A stretch of 64,000 nucleotides of DNA from Rebecca billardiae RCC1528. Lineage: Eukaryota; Protista; Haptophyta. The number at the start of each line of letters is the position of its first letter. Within the stretch, counting starts at the first letter, position 1. The notes beneath the pieces are model-generated. The model did not search any database and had not been told where the DNA came from. It saw only the letters and a list, made by a program, of their open reading frames with translations. Shown here one piece after another: positions 18,210-34,665 of this stretch. The translations under genes were made by a program, and so were the position numbers. The stretch is from contig OZ251248.1 of assembly GCA_965240325.2 (NCBI GenBank), positions 496,001 to 560,000 of the forward strand. Direction: 5' to 3'.

Positions 18210-19232
18210 TCACGACTGCATGCCGCTGCGAGCGCCACCGCTGGCTTCTCGCACCGTCCACATCCGCACGATGCGGTCGTCGCCCGTGGAGCAGAGCAGC
18301 TCCGGATCCGTCGGGTTCCACGCGACGCAGTTGACGTCGCCCCGGTGCGCCGCGTGCTGCGCGTGGCGCACCTCGTACGCCGCCCCGCCGCCGCCCGGCG
18401 CGAGGATCCGGACCGTGTCATCCGCCGCGGCGGTCGCCACCAGCCCTGATGTCGCGCTCGCGTCGACGCAGAAGATGGCTCGGGAGTGCGCGCCGCTCAC
18501 GGTGGCCACGGGCTCGTACGCCGCGGGCGGCAGCGCGGCGCCGCGCTCGTCCCCGCCGCTCGCCGACGGCGCCCAGACCACCAGCGTGCAGTCGTCGCTC
18601 ACCGAGAAGAGCCGCCCGCCCTCGGCGCCGAAGGCGAGCGACCAGACAGTGGAGCTGTGCGCGCGCATGGTGGCGGCGCACACCCACTCGCCGTCCGCGT
18701 CGGCGCTCCACGCGCGGATGGTGTCGTCGTAGCTGGCGGAGTAGAGCACCTCGTGCGCCGGGTGCCAGACCACCGTCTTCACGTCCTGCGTGTGCTCTCG
18801 CAGCACGGCCGCGCACTCGAAGTCGCCATCCTCGAGCACCTCCCAGACCCAGACCGACTTGTCGCGGCCGCACGACGCGAGGAGCGCGCCGCTCGGGCTG
18901 TACGCGACGTCCTTGACCTCGTTCTCGTGGCCCTCGAGGGTGGCGATGCACTCCACCTCGGGCAGCGACGTGTCCCACACGCCCACCGTGCCGTCGAAGC
19001 TCGCGGTCGCGAGGTGGCGGCCCGGCGGGTCCCAAGCGCAGCGTCGGACCGTGCGCGAGTGCATGCCTGTGAGCGCGTGGCGGCAGACCCACTGCCCGAC
19101 GCCGTCGCGCGCCCAAAGCCGTATCGTCTGATCGCCGCCGCACGTGGCGAGCATGGTGCCGTTCGGCGACCACCGAGCGCACCACACGCGCTCGTTGTGG
19201 CCGCGGAGCTCCGCGACGCACGTGACCTCCAT
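18210..19232 (-). CDS. CIA1: Cytosolic iron-sulfur assembly WD40 protein CIA1/CIAO1
   Basis: GHNERVW, HSRTVR, LATASFD, ECIATLEGHENEVKDVAY, CGRDKSVWVWE, FECAAVLREHTQDVK.V.WHP, SASYDDTI are CIAO1 signatures. An alternative ATG lies at 19313. Confidence 0.95.
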   Translation of the reverse strand: MEVTCVAELRGHNERVWCARWSPNGTMLATCGGDQTIRLWARDGVGQWVCRHALTGMHSRTVRRCAWDPPGRHLATASFDGTVGVWDTSLPEVECIATLEGHENEVKDVAYSPSGALLASCGRDKSVWVWEVLEDGDFECAAVLREHTQDVKTVVWHPAHEVLYSASYDDTIRAWSADADGEWVCAATMRAHSSTVWSLAFGAEGGRLFSVSDDCTLVVWAPSASGGDERGAALPPAAYEPVATVSGAHSRAIFCVDASATSGLVATAAADDTVRILAPGGGGAAYEVRHAQHAAHRGDVNCVAWNPTDPELLCSTGDDRIVRMWTVREASGGARSGMQS

Positions 19233-19363
19233 CCTTGCCAGCCCGACGTCCTGCCGGCCGGAGTGGGGAGCCAGCCCACCTGGTCCGGGATTGGCCCACG
19301 CCGCCGCCGCCATTCTCGCCGTTTCTGTTTCCGCCTGGTGCTTTCGGCCCGCCACTCGGAGGG

Positions 19364-19470
19364 ATGCCGCTCGTCGTGGCGGCGAACAACGCCAAGCCCA
19401 TCACCGGGCGCGAATGGCGCTTCCTCCCGCCGAGCGCGCTGCGGGTAGCGCCCGCACTCCCGCACGCCGT

Positions 19471-19503
<33 letters not shown>

Positions 19504-20623
19504 CGCAGCCTCGGATCTCGAGTCTCAGTACTCGTCGTTTCTCGACAACTCGCGTCAACAGCAGCTGCTCGCCGGCACGGGGGACGACCCGATTCTGGGG
19601 CTGGACGGCGAGCCGCCGCTGCTCCGGGCGCAGGTCTCGATGCCACTCTCCACCGCCTCGGGCCCGCAGGGCACGGGCGATATCGGCGGCTCGAGCGGCA
19701 TGGGCGACATCATCCCGAGCGACCCGGACGTACTGGCGGTCGTCTATGCGCTCAGCAAAGACATGTCCGGCGCGGAGGCGGAGGGCGCGGGCTCGGGCGC
19801 GCACGAGGGGAGGGGCGAGACGCGGCACGGGCTGCACAGCACCGCGGCCGACGAGCAAGACGCCGCCGCGCGCCACGCCTCCCACTCGCCGGACGACGAC
19901 GCCGCGAGCGTGCGCGAGACTGCGGCGCCCGTCATCGTCTGGGATCGCGCGGCGCAGGTGCGGATCGTGACCGACCTGCCGCCCGAGCTGCGGCCCACGG
20001 CGCCGCTGGCGGACTCGCCGGCGAGGAGCCTCGGCCGCCGCAGCAGCAGCCTGGGCCAGTCCGGCGGCCCGCCGCAGGCCTCGCGCAGGCCGCCGTTCGG
20101 CCGGAATCGGCGGCAGCCGCGCTCGAACAAATTGCCGTTTGGCGCGTGGTACCTGCCCTCTGAGGCGTGGGGGAAGGACGCGCCGCCGCACGACGGCGAG
20201 GCGGCGCTGCAGCTCGCGCACGTGCGGGACCCGACGGCGCTCAGCCGCGACCGCGACAGCGCGGCCGAGGCCGCCGCCGCCAGCGTGGCGAGCAAGCTCA
20301 CCAGCCTCTACTCCTCGCGCATGTACAAGGAATTCCTGAAGCAGAATAACGCCCGGATCCCCTCCTATCTCCAGCGCGTCGAGACGCCCAAGGCGAGCAC
20401 GCGGCCCAAGGCGTCGGCGTTCGCGCAGAGGGCGCGAGAGGCCGCGCCCGCGCTCGAGCAGATGCCGACGACGCCGGCGCAGGGCAGCTTCCACGGAGCC
20501 GCCGCGCAGCCCGCCGCGGCGCGCCCACCGTCGGCGGCGGCGGCTCCAAAGCCGAGCACTAGCAGTGATGCTGCCGCACCGCCGCCTGCAGCGCCGCCGG
20601 GCTCAACGACAACGGGGATGTAG
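19364..20623 (+). CDS. Hypothetical protein, low-complexity, with poly-Q and a conserved-looking C-terminal block
   Basis: Host-like codon usage; FGAWYLPSEAW...LYSSRMYKEFLKQNNARIPSYL looks conserved; divergent from CIA1 across 131 bp. Confidence 0.7.
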
Positions 20624-21125
20624 CAGCAGGAGGGGATAAACTGCTGCTGCTAAACTGCGTGAACTTCATTGTACGTGATGCATAGCATGCAGCACTCAGG
20701 CTCAGCACGACAGCAGCGCTCCGTGCGTGCAGCACGACAGCAGCGCTCTGCGTGAGAGTCTGCCGGCCGCCTCACAGGCCCCGGCGCCGTCCGGTCGCGG
20801 CCTCTGCCCTCTCGCTTCTCATGCGTGAGTCATGCGGTTCAGCTCAGAGGCGAGATTGAATCGTCAATGAGTACTGTAGTCATTGATCATGAGTCAATAG
20901 TCATTGTCAGCAGGTCGGTCGATCCGACGAAATATAAAGTCGTCGCCGAAGCAAAAGGAACCCACCGCAAGATTCTCCCGGAGCCTTTGTCGTGGAAAGA
21001 TTCCTTGATGTGCGCAAAGTGACAAACGTCTCATCAGCCTGGCGCGTCCGAGACGCTCGAGACGAGGCACGTCTCGCACCCGCGCGCAGCGTCTCCTCCG
21101 GCCGCGGTGCTGGGAGCGCGAGACG

Positions 21126-22595
21126 ATGCCGAACCTCGGGCGTGTCTTCCCCCTCGCGCTCTCGCCTCGCACGCGCAACAAAGTCGGCTCGCCCGCAAAC
21201 GGCGCGAAAGAGAGCGACGTGGAATCGCCTCCTCCCTCCGATGCCGCCACCAACAATGCTGCCGATTCGCCGCCCGTGCGTAGGAGGTCGCTCAAGCGCA
21301 CGCAGTCGTTCAAGGTCGACGACTACACGCACGGGCAGATGTTGTACCTGCACCTCACGCTGTTTGTGACGATCACACCCATCCTCTTCATCTGGTCGCA
21401 GCCGCTGCTCACGCGTTGGGCGCCTGGGCACGACATGCGGCACGAAGGCAACGACTACTTTGCGACGCCTGGCCTCGATCCGGCCGAGCCGGGCGACGTG
21501 CCGATCGGGTACACGCTGAGCTCGTACATCTCGAACGCGCACTCGACGGGCGCGACCGCGCTGCTCTTCAAGGGCAACTCCTTCATGACCTGGTCCGAGT
21601 ACGGCCTGAAGGCCTTCCTTGAGAACGTGGCGCGCGACGACGAGAACGACGATCGGTACCTGTTCGCTTTCCTGCTGCTGTTCGCGTACGAGCTGGCGTT
21701 CGGGCTGTTCCTCACGTTTAGCACGGACTACATGCCCATCGCGCACCTGCTCGCCGTCACCGTCTTCTGCATCTCCGCCATCTGCGCGTACAACTACCTC
21801 TACCAGATCGGCTCGTACTATCGGGACGTGCACGCGCACACTCAGATTGGCCTGCACCCCATGTGCGGCTGGCTGGTGGCGCTGGGCACCCTCGCCTTCG
21901 TCACCGTGCGCGCCCGCGCACGCCGGGCGCGTGGCGCGCGCCCGAGCGTGCTCGTCCCCGCGCCAGCTAGCCTCGCGTGCCGCTCCTCACCGCCACACGC
22001 CCTCCCTCCTCCCGATGCCGCGCCGCCCGCGGCCCGCCGCGCGCTCCGCGCTCGACAGACGATCATGCTGGTCGGGCTGCACGTGCTGTTCAACATTAAT
22101 TTCTATCATTTCTTCTGGGCGAGCGAGTGCACCGGGCTGACGACGGTGCTGCTCATGGGCGGGGTGGACCGGGTGGCGAAGTTCATCGAGAAGAAGGGCT
22201 GGCCGCACACCAAGTACATCCTGACCTTTGGCCTGCTCGGCAACCGCGTCGGCAACGACCGCGTAGCGCACCTGATGCGCCGCGCGTCGCGTTCGCTCGG
22301 CGCATTCGGCGCGGGAGCCCTCGCCGGCCATCAAGGCCAGCGCGTCCCCATGTACCCCAGCGATGGCGAGGAGTCCGGCTCTAAGAAGGGCGATGGCGCT
22401 CATCGCATGCGGCTGGCTGGCCTCGGCGGTGCTCGGCAAAAGAGCAGCGGCGCAACAGTCACCTTTGCTGCTGATGATGGCACCAGCAATCGCGATGGCG
22501 GCGGCGCCAGCGGACATCACTGGGACGCTCACACCCTCGTGCAGCCGACGCCTGCCACATCACGCAGCCTCTGGCCGTCGCAGAGCTTGTTGTGA
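21126..22595 (+). CDS. Multi-pass membrane protein (possibly Frag1/DRAM-like); predicted intron 21906-22058
   Basis: Several hydrophobic helices. A 153-nt GT...AG segment translating to Arg/Pro/Ala-rich sequence interrupts one helix (LAFVT|TIMLVG). Confidence 0.75.
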   Translation: MPNLGRVFPLALSPRTRNKVGSPANGAKESDVESPPPSDAATNNAADSPPVRRRSLKRTQSFKVDDYTHGQMLYLHLTLFVTITPILFIWSQPLLTRWAPGHDMRHEGNDYFATPGLDPAEPGDVPIGYTLSSYISNAHSTGATALLFKGNSFMTWSEYGLKAFLENVARDDENDDRYLFAFLLLFAYELAFGLFLTFSTDYMPIAHLLAVTVFCISAICAYNYLYQIGSYYRDVHAHTQIGLHPMCGWLVALGTLAFVTVRARARRARGARPSVLVPAPASLACRSSPPHALPPPDAAPPAARRALRARQTIMLVGLHVLFNINFYHFFWASECTGLTTVLLMGGVDRVAKFIEKKGWPHTKYILTFGLLGNRVGNDRVAHLMRRASRSLGAFGAGALAGHQGQRVPMYPSDGEESGSKKGDGAHRMRLAGLGGARQKSSGATVTFAADDGTSNRDGGGASGHHWDAHTLVQPTPATSRSLWPSQSLL

Positions 22596-23000
22596 CCGCC
22601 GCAGCGCAGCGCCGCCCGGACCCGGTCCGCGGACTCGGACTGAGTGACACTGACGAGTCGTAATACGGTCAGTGCGGCCCTTATATATATATAAATAGTT
22701 ATTATTAAATAGTGCGCTCGCGTCCTGCCGCGCGCACCCGCCCCTACAGCTTGCCCGCCGGGACTGCGCACGAATTCGGCCACTGCTCGACTGACAGTCG
22801 ACTGCGCGGCGGACTTGTTATTTACAGACGATGCGGCGGGACTGTCTATTGTCGTCCTGACGAGCAGAGTGTCTGCGGTCTGGCAGCGTCCGCGGCCGGG
22901 CCCCACTGGCCACTGCGGGCACTGGCGCCACGCGCATCCGGACTACGTTCGGTCTCATCGATCGGTAACGAAGTCACGCCGATGCGAAGTGCCACTGCTG

Positions 23001-23921
23001 CTATTCTCGTCTGCCCGTCGCTCGGCGGGGAAGCGCGGGCAGCTTCGTGTCGCTGTGCGTGGCGGCCGCCGCGCCCGTGTACGCCGCCGCGTCGGCGCGC
23101 ACTCGCGCCGGCGGAGCGCCCTCGCGCACCGTGGCCGAGTGCGAGCCGGACGCCGCGGCGATCGGGCCCGCGCGCCGCTGGATCATCATGTGCACCGCCT
23201 GCCGGTCCATGGTGAGCACGTTGGTGTAGCCCGAGTCGAGCGCGTCGTCCGGCTCGGCGCTCGCGGCGAGCGACTCCGAGCCCGAGCTCGTCGTGCGCTG
23301 CGAGGAGCGGCTGGCAGTGCGCGGGAGCAGCCGCTGGCCGGCGACCGCGCGCTGGAGCATCTTGAGCTGGTAGTGCGCCTGCTCGGTCTCGCGCTCGAGG
23401 CGGTGGAGCTCGTGCTCGAGCTCGTCGCGCTCGACCATCTCCGCCTCTATCTGCTGCATCAGCTCCGTCTCCGCCCGCTCCGAGTCGATCTGCGCGTTGC
23501 GCAGCGCGCGGCCGAGCTTCTCGAGCCGCCGCTCGTGCGAGACGCTCGCCTCCTGCTGCTGCCGCATCCACTTCTGCTCGGCGAGCTGCTGCTTGCGCGC
23601 CTGCTCGCTCTCCTCGGCCTGGAGGCTGTCCATCGGGTGCTCCCACTGCGTGATGCCCGTCTTGATGCTGTGGAAGTAGGGCGAGCCGTCCTCGTCCCAA
23701 TATTGCTCCCAGTCGGGCGGCAGCTCGCGCCGACGCGCCGTTTGCATCTCGCCCGCCTCGCTCGTCGCGGCGGAGCCGTCGTCGCGGAACGTGCCATGCA
23801 GGGGTGGGCCGACGGGGAAGTACATCTGGCACTCGTCGCACAGCGCCGCGCCGCGCCGCGCGGACACGGGCTGCGTGTGCGAGCAGAACGGACATCGCGC
23901 CGTGCCCTGCGCGGCCGCCAT
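23001..23921 (-). CDS. Zn-ribbon + WW domain + coiled-coil protein
   Basis: CPFC...CDEC; LPPDWEQYWDEDGSPYFHSIKTGITQWEHP is a canonical WW domain; E/Q/R-rich coiled coil follows. Confidence 0.85.
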   Translation of the reverse strand: MAAAQGTARCPFCSHTQPVSARRGAALCDECQMYFPVGPPLHGTFRDDGSAATSEAGEMQTARRRELPPDWEQYWDEDGSPYFHSIKTGITQWEHPMDSLQAEESEQARKQQLAEQKWMRQQQEASVSHERRLEKLGRALRNAQIDSERAETELMQQIEAEMVERDELEHELHRLERETEQAHYQLKMLQRAVAGQRLLPRTASRSSQRTTSSGSESLAASAEPDDALDSGYTNVLTMDRQAVHMMIQRRAGPIAAASGSHSATVREGAPPARVRADAAAYTGAAAATHSDTKLPALPRRATGRRE

Positions 23922-24077
23922 CGCCGCGGGAGGCCGTCAGAGCAAAGGTAACCGGTGCGGTTGCATTGGTGAGCAAAGCTGAAAGCGGTGATCCGGGCGT
24001 GGCGATCGGCGATCCGGCCGACTGCTCGAGCAGCGGCAGTTAGCCGCCGCCCTGCGCTTTGCAAGCTGCCCGGCGAC

Positions 24078-28820
<4,743 letters not shown>

Positions 28821-29868
28821 TGGCTGATGACGGCGACGATCTCGTGACTCGTCATCATCACTCTGCTGTCGGAGTGTCGCGCGTATATATTCATAGAATT
28901 TCACTCTGCTATTTAATATTAATAATAATAATATATACAATCCGCCGCGATCCTGCCAACGCCGCGTTGCGGTGTCAATCAGAAGTTGAATTCACTCAGC
29001 ACTCTCCTGCCGTCAGACCGCGATGGCGATCGGCCTGGCGGTGGACTCGGTCCGCGCACCCCGCATTGGCTCCGGGCGCCATCAGCTCCCCAGATCCGCA
29101 ATGAAAAGCCATCCCGTCACCACAACGACGACGCTTGTCGTAGTGGCCGCGCCGGAAGCGGCAAGGAGCGACGGTCACGGCTGCGGTGCCGATGCGGTTG
29201 TCGAGGTTCTCGCAGTGGCCGACGCGCCTTCGGTGCGCAGAGCGCGCACCGCGCCGGAAGACGCGCTCGCACGCATCGTCCGCGCGGCCTCGATTTCAGC
29301 CGCCGAGCACGCGCTGGGCCGCGCGGCCGAGAAGAAGAGGTTGGGGCCGATGACGGCGCTGGACGTCGCCGGCGCGCGTGGCACGATCGCGGCGACCAGC
29401 TGCTCGAGGTTGAAGGCTGGGGCGTTGACGGCCTTTGCGACGCCGTTGAGCGATGCGGTGAGGGCCGTGCCGGTCGCTTGCCGCGCGGCGAGCGTGCGGC
29501 CAGGCTGACGGAAGCAGGGCAGCATGACGTGCGCGGGTGGGCGAAGTTGACGGATTCCTCGCTCGCAGTTGCGTCCGCGTCCGCCCGTTGACAACCCGCA
29601 CACCCTTTCAGACTGTGCTAATGCGGTTAAGGGCGCCCGTTCGACGGGGAATCGCGGGAATCTGGGCTGATCTTGGCCTAATTTGCACTCTGCTCCTCGT
29701 CAAATAACCGCGCTACCATTTTCGAGCGCGTTTGATAGGCCAGCTTGATTGTTGAGCCCGTTCAAGAATGCCTCCTCGTCTTCTTGTCGACTCTCAGATT
29801 CGTCGTCGCGGAGTGGCAGTGGCGCGCGCACGAGTTGCTCGAAGCTTCACCAGAGACGGGAGGCAGAC

Positions 29869-30982
29869 CAAGGGGAGTCAGGGTACAGCACGTCCAGTTG
29901 GGCTGCAGCTGGAGCTTGGGTACAAAAGCTCCCGCGGCACAACGGCACTCGCCGCCGCCGCCGCCGTCGAGGGGCGGTTGTGGCGCGCACGGCGTGAGCC
30001 GCTGCGGGCGCTGAGGTGCGCGCGACGGCGGCGCGCCCGGCGGCGCTGCTGTAGGAGGCCACTGCCCTCCTCTCTGCCCCGCGCGCTTCGCTCGTCGTCG
30101 CCGTCTCCGCGCCTGCGACTCAGCGCGCACGCGAGCGCGGCACCGCCCGGCAGCCGGGGCAATCTCTGCCGTGACTGCGCATGTGCGTCGCGACCTGGTC
30201 GGCCCAGCGCGCGAGGCGCGTGCGGGCGAGGTAGGGCCAGTATGAGCGCGCGCCATGCCGCCTCAAGTAAGCCCATCAGAGCGTACAACAGGGAACTGAG
30301 CACGTGTGTCTGGTTGGCCGCTTGGACTGTGTTTAAGCAATGCACGGGCCATCGTCGAGGCGATCTCGAGGAACTCAGTCAAAACGTCAGTTCAGCGCGC
30401 AGACGACCTGGGCGAGAGTCACTGATAATGTATGACTCGCATGATCACAAAAAGCTCTGCAACTATCGCGTCTGTACGCCTACTGCCTCGATCGTGCACA
30501 CTGACGTCTGCGCTTGGGTGCCGCATTGTTTGTCAACGTTGTCGACAGAGGTGCAAGGCCCGCGACATGCCCACCGGCGCAAGGTCGAGGCGGCATGGCG
30601 CGCGCTCATACTGGCCCTACCTCGCCCGCACGCGCCTCGCGCGCTGGGCCGACCAGGTCGCGACGCACATGCGCAGTCACGGCAGAGATTGCCCCGGCTG
30701 CCGGGCGGTGCCGCGCTCGCGTGCGCGCTGGTCGCAGGCGCGGAGACGGCGACGACGAGCGAAGCGCGCGGGGCAGAGAGGAGGGCAGTGGTCTCCTACA
30801 GCAGCGCCGCCGGGCGCGCCGCCGTCGCGCGCACCTCAGCGCCCGCAGCGGCTCACGCCGTGCGCGCCACAACCGCCCCTCGACGGCGGCGGCGGCGGCG
30901 AGTGCCGTTGTGCGCGCGGGAGCTTTTGTACCCAAGCTCCAGCTGCAGCCCAACTGGACGTGCTGTACCCTGACTCCCCTTG
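29869..30982. mobile_element. Non-autonomous foldback DNA transposon, P-superfamily (Galileo-like) candidate, 1114 bp
   Basis: ~396-bp TIRs (29869-30264 and 30587-30982) with termini CAAGGGGAG...CTCCCCTTG and a 7-bp TSD GGCAGAC (29862-29868, 30983-30989). Confidence 0.88.
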
Positions 30983-31287
30983 GGCAGACTCGCAGAGCTC
31001 GGCCGTTTGCCGCAAAGTCCCGGTTTCTCATCATTCTCACGAATTCACGATGGAGTCGGCGGCCTGCCAGCCTCCGGGCGGGCAGGACCCCCTTGCCCTT
31101 GGCTTGGCCGCTTGGCCGTGTTCTGACAGGCTCGCCCGAGGAGGTGTCGACTGTTGGGAGCGTGACATGCATATCTATAGATGTGCTTGTGTAGGCGCTT
31201 TATCCGACTGCTAGCTTGCGCTGACATGACATGACATCTGACACGGCCAGTGCGCGGGCCGCTAGAGCGCGGTTGGCTTCGGCTTCG

Positions 31288-34200
31288 TCAGCGCGCGGCC
31301 TGCCGCTCGATGGCGAGGACGGCGAGCACCGAGAGCGCGACGGCGCACGGCTCCCAGATGAGCGCGCCCTGCACCTCCGCCACCGCCCAGCTCACGAGCA
31401 GCAGCCGCGTGCGCGCCTCGTCGAGCGAGCGCGAGAGTACGAGCGCGCACGCGGCAGAGCCGCCGAGCACGCACGCGCTCGCGAGCCAGAGGAGGGCTGT
31501 GCGTAGCGCGCGCGACACGCCGGCGCGCGAGCCCGTCGGCTTGGCGGCGCGGAGCGCGCGCGCCGCCTCCGCCTCCGCCGCGGCGCGCGCCACGCGGGCG
31601 CACCACGCCAGCAACTCGTGCAGCTCGAGCTCGTCGCCGCACGCGGCCTCGGCCGAGCGCGCGAGCTCGAGCGAGCGCCTCGCTGACAGCCGCATGCCGG
31701 CCTCGCGCAGCACCGCGCCGACCTCGGCCGCGCCCACCGTCGCGCCCGCGTCGGCCGCGCGCGCCTCGAACGCGCCACGCACGCGCTCGGCCGCGCCCGG
31801 CCGCAGCGAGGGCGGAGGCGCCTTGGAGCGCGCGCGCGACGATGACGGCGTGCGCGCGGACGCGCGCTCGGCGCCGCGCGTCGGCGTCGGCGTCACCACC
31901 GACGCCGCCGACCGCGGCGGCGGCGCCGAGCCCTGCTGCTCGGGGCCCGGCGCCACGCGCTCCGGCTGCGGCGCCGCGGCGGCGCGCTTGGGCGTGACGC
32001 GCAGAGTGCGCGCCGCGGGCGTCGGATCGGGGCGCTGGGGCGGCGCGCCGACGCGCGCCCGCTGAGGGCCGGCGGGCAGCCTCCGCGCGCCGGAGGACGT
32101 GTCCTGGCGCGACGCGCTGCCCTCGTCCACCTCGCCCTGGTCCAGGTCCGGCGGCGGCGGGCGGGAGCGCTGCGGGCTCCCGGGCACGGCCGCGGCGTCG
32201 TCGCGCGGCGCCGGCACGCGCGTGCGCGTCGGCTCGGCCGGCTGCGGCGGCGAGGGCGGCGGCGAGGGCGGCGGCGGCCCGGGCGGCGGCTCCCGCGGCG
32301 CGCCGGCCGTCGACGCGGCTGGCGACGTGTCTGGCGGACGAGGCGGCCCGCGCGCGCTCTCGCCGAGCTGCGAGTCGTCACCCCGGGCAGGCTCGGCGGG
32401 CGTCGCCCAGAAAGGCGCCGCGGCGCGCGCGGCGCCGGGCTGCCCCTCGAAGGGGCCCGGCTGCCGCCCCGCCGCCGCCGCCGAGCCGGCCGCACGGCTG
32501 CTCGTCGCAGAAGAGCCACGAGCGGAGGACGTCGCCGACGGGCGGCGCTTGGCGGTCGCCGGCCGCGCAGCGCCGCCGCTCCCTGACGGGCGGCGCCCCG
32601 AGGCCGGGCGGCCGACCAGCGCGGCGGCGGCGTCGGACGCGGCGCGCGCGGCCGCGCTCGGCGGCCTGCCGCGCCGCGCGGGCGGCGCGCCGCCCTCCGC
32701 CACGTCGCCCTCCGGGTGGATGGCCGCGCCCACCGCGTCGCCGCCCTCGTCGCCGCTGTCGTCGGAGTCCTGGGAGCTGCCCGGCCTGGCGGCGGGCAGC
32801 TCGGGCGTGGCGGCGGGCGGCGGCGGCGGCGGCGCGGCCCACGCGTCCTGCTGCAGCCGCGCGCGCGGCGGCGGCGAGGGGGTTGCCGAGGGCGGCGGCG
32901 TGAGTCCATCCCCGCCCTCGTCGTCTTCGCGCTCGTTGCGCGACAGTGTGCGTGCGCGCATCTGCTGCGCGCGCGCGATCACGACCGATCGCGGCAGGTC
33001 CTGGACGCTCGGCGGCACGCGCGTCGAGCGGCGCCGCGCCGGCGAGCCCGCGGCGGCGGCACCCTCTGCGCTCTGCCGGCGCGGCGGCGCGCGCGTCGGC
33101 GCGACCGAGTCTCCCCGAAGCCTCGAGCTCACGGCAGGCTGTGTGCTCGGGCGCGCCTGCGGGGTCGCGCGAGGCGCGCCCACGCCGCCGCACGCGCCAA
33201 CCCCGCGCGCGAGGTCCTCGCTGCTGCCTCCGGCGTAGACCCGCGAGCCGCCGCCGGCTGCGCCCGCGCCGCCCGCGCCGGCGGTGCCGGAATGCCCGCG
33301 GCCCACGAGCGGAGGCACACTCAGCTCGCCCGCCGCGGGCGCGCCGGCGAGCTGCGCGGCCAGCGACTGTCGGGAGGGGCGCTGCGGGCGCTCCGATGGT
33401 GGCTGCATGGCCGACGGCGCGCCGGCCGCGGCGGTTGGCACTGCTGGCTCCGCCGGCTGGGCCGCGCCACCCGCCGCCTCCGCCACGCCGCCCTCCTCGG
33501 CCGCGCGCGCGCCGTCGGTGCGCCCCCCGGCCTCTGCGCGGGCGCTGTCTGCGCCGTCGGTGCGCCCCCCGGCCTCTGCGCGGGCGCTGTCTCCAAGCTC
33601 ACGCGCCGCCGCTGCGGTGGGCAGCGGCAGCACGCGGTCGCGGCCGCTCGGCACGCTCGCAGGCGCCGCGGCGGCTTCGGCTGCTGCGCCAGCCTCGGGC
33701 GCGGGCGCGGCGGCGTCGACGCGCTCCGCGGCCGCGCCGCCGCCATCGGCTGCAAACCCGCCACGGTCCTGCGCCGCGGCGGGCGGCGCGTCATCGCCTG
33801 CGCTCGGCGTCACGACGGCCGCGCCGCCGCCGCCGTCGGCAGTCGGCGGCGGCGCGAGCCTTGCACCCGAGGACGGCGCGAGGGCGGCGGCGAGGATCGC
33901 GTCGTCACGCGCGCGCGGCTCGCGCACGGCGCGCCACGCGCGCGCCGCGCGCGGCAGCGCGCGCGCGCTCCCGCCCGCGGCCCGGCGCGTCAGCGCCTTC
34001 AGCAGCCACAGCACCGGCTGGGCGAGTGCCGCGCCCGCGGTGGCGGTGAGGAGGACGGCTGCGATCGGCTCGGGGGCGGGGCCGGCGGTGAGGCCGAGGG
34101 CGAGGAGCAGCGTGCACAGCGCGAGCACCAGGGCGGCCGTCGAGAAGAGCGCCGCGCCCACCGTCGCGCGCGGCCGGAGCGCCGTGCTCAGCGCGATGGA

Positions 34201-34627
34201 CTCGGCCGCGCCGCCGTCGGCGTCCGCGGCCGCTTCGCCCGGCCGGCCGCCGCCCGCCGCCGAGCCACCGCCGCCGCCGCGCCAGAGGGCGAGCAGCAGG
34301 AGCTCGTGCTCCAGGGCGAGCGCCACGCTCGCGAACGGCGGCGGCGCTGGCTTCGAGGGCGGCACCGCCAGCTGCTCCGCCCGCCCGCCGCCGCCGCCGC
34401 CGGGCGAGCCGTCGGCGGCGCCGCCGTCGGCGCCACCGTTTGCGTCGGCAGCGGCGTAGGCGGACCCGCCACCCGCCGAGCCGCGCGACTTGGCGCGGCG
34501 CTCGGCGACGAGCGCGGCGCAGGCGCACACGAGCCAGCCGCCCACGAGCGCGACGACGAGCGCGAGCACGGCGATGTTCTCCTCGCCGTCGAGCGCGGCG
34601 GTGCGCACGCCGAGCACTCCGTCGATC

Positions 34628-34665
<38 letters not shown>

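Noticed and set aside
28986-29603. Ala-rich ORFs on both strands
   Set aside because: No recognisable domain or consistent codon bias.
29768-31214. ORFs across the foldback element, and a ~100-codon ORF restored by removing it
   Set aside because: They are mirror-image translations of the TIRs; the restored ORF has no protein-like features.
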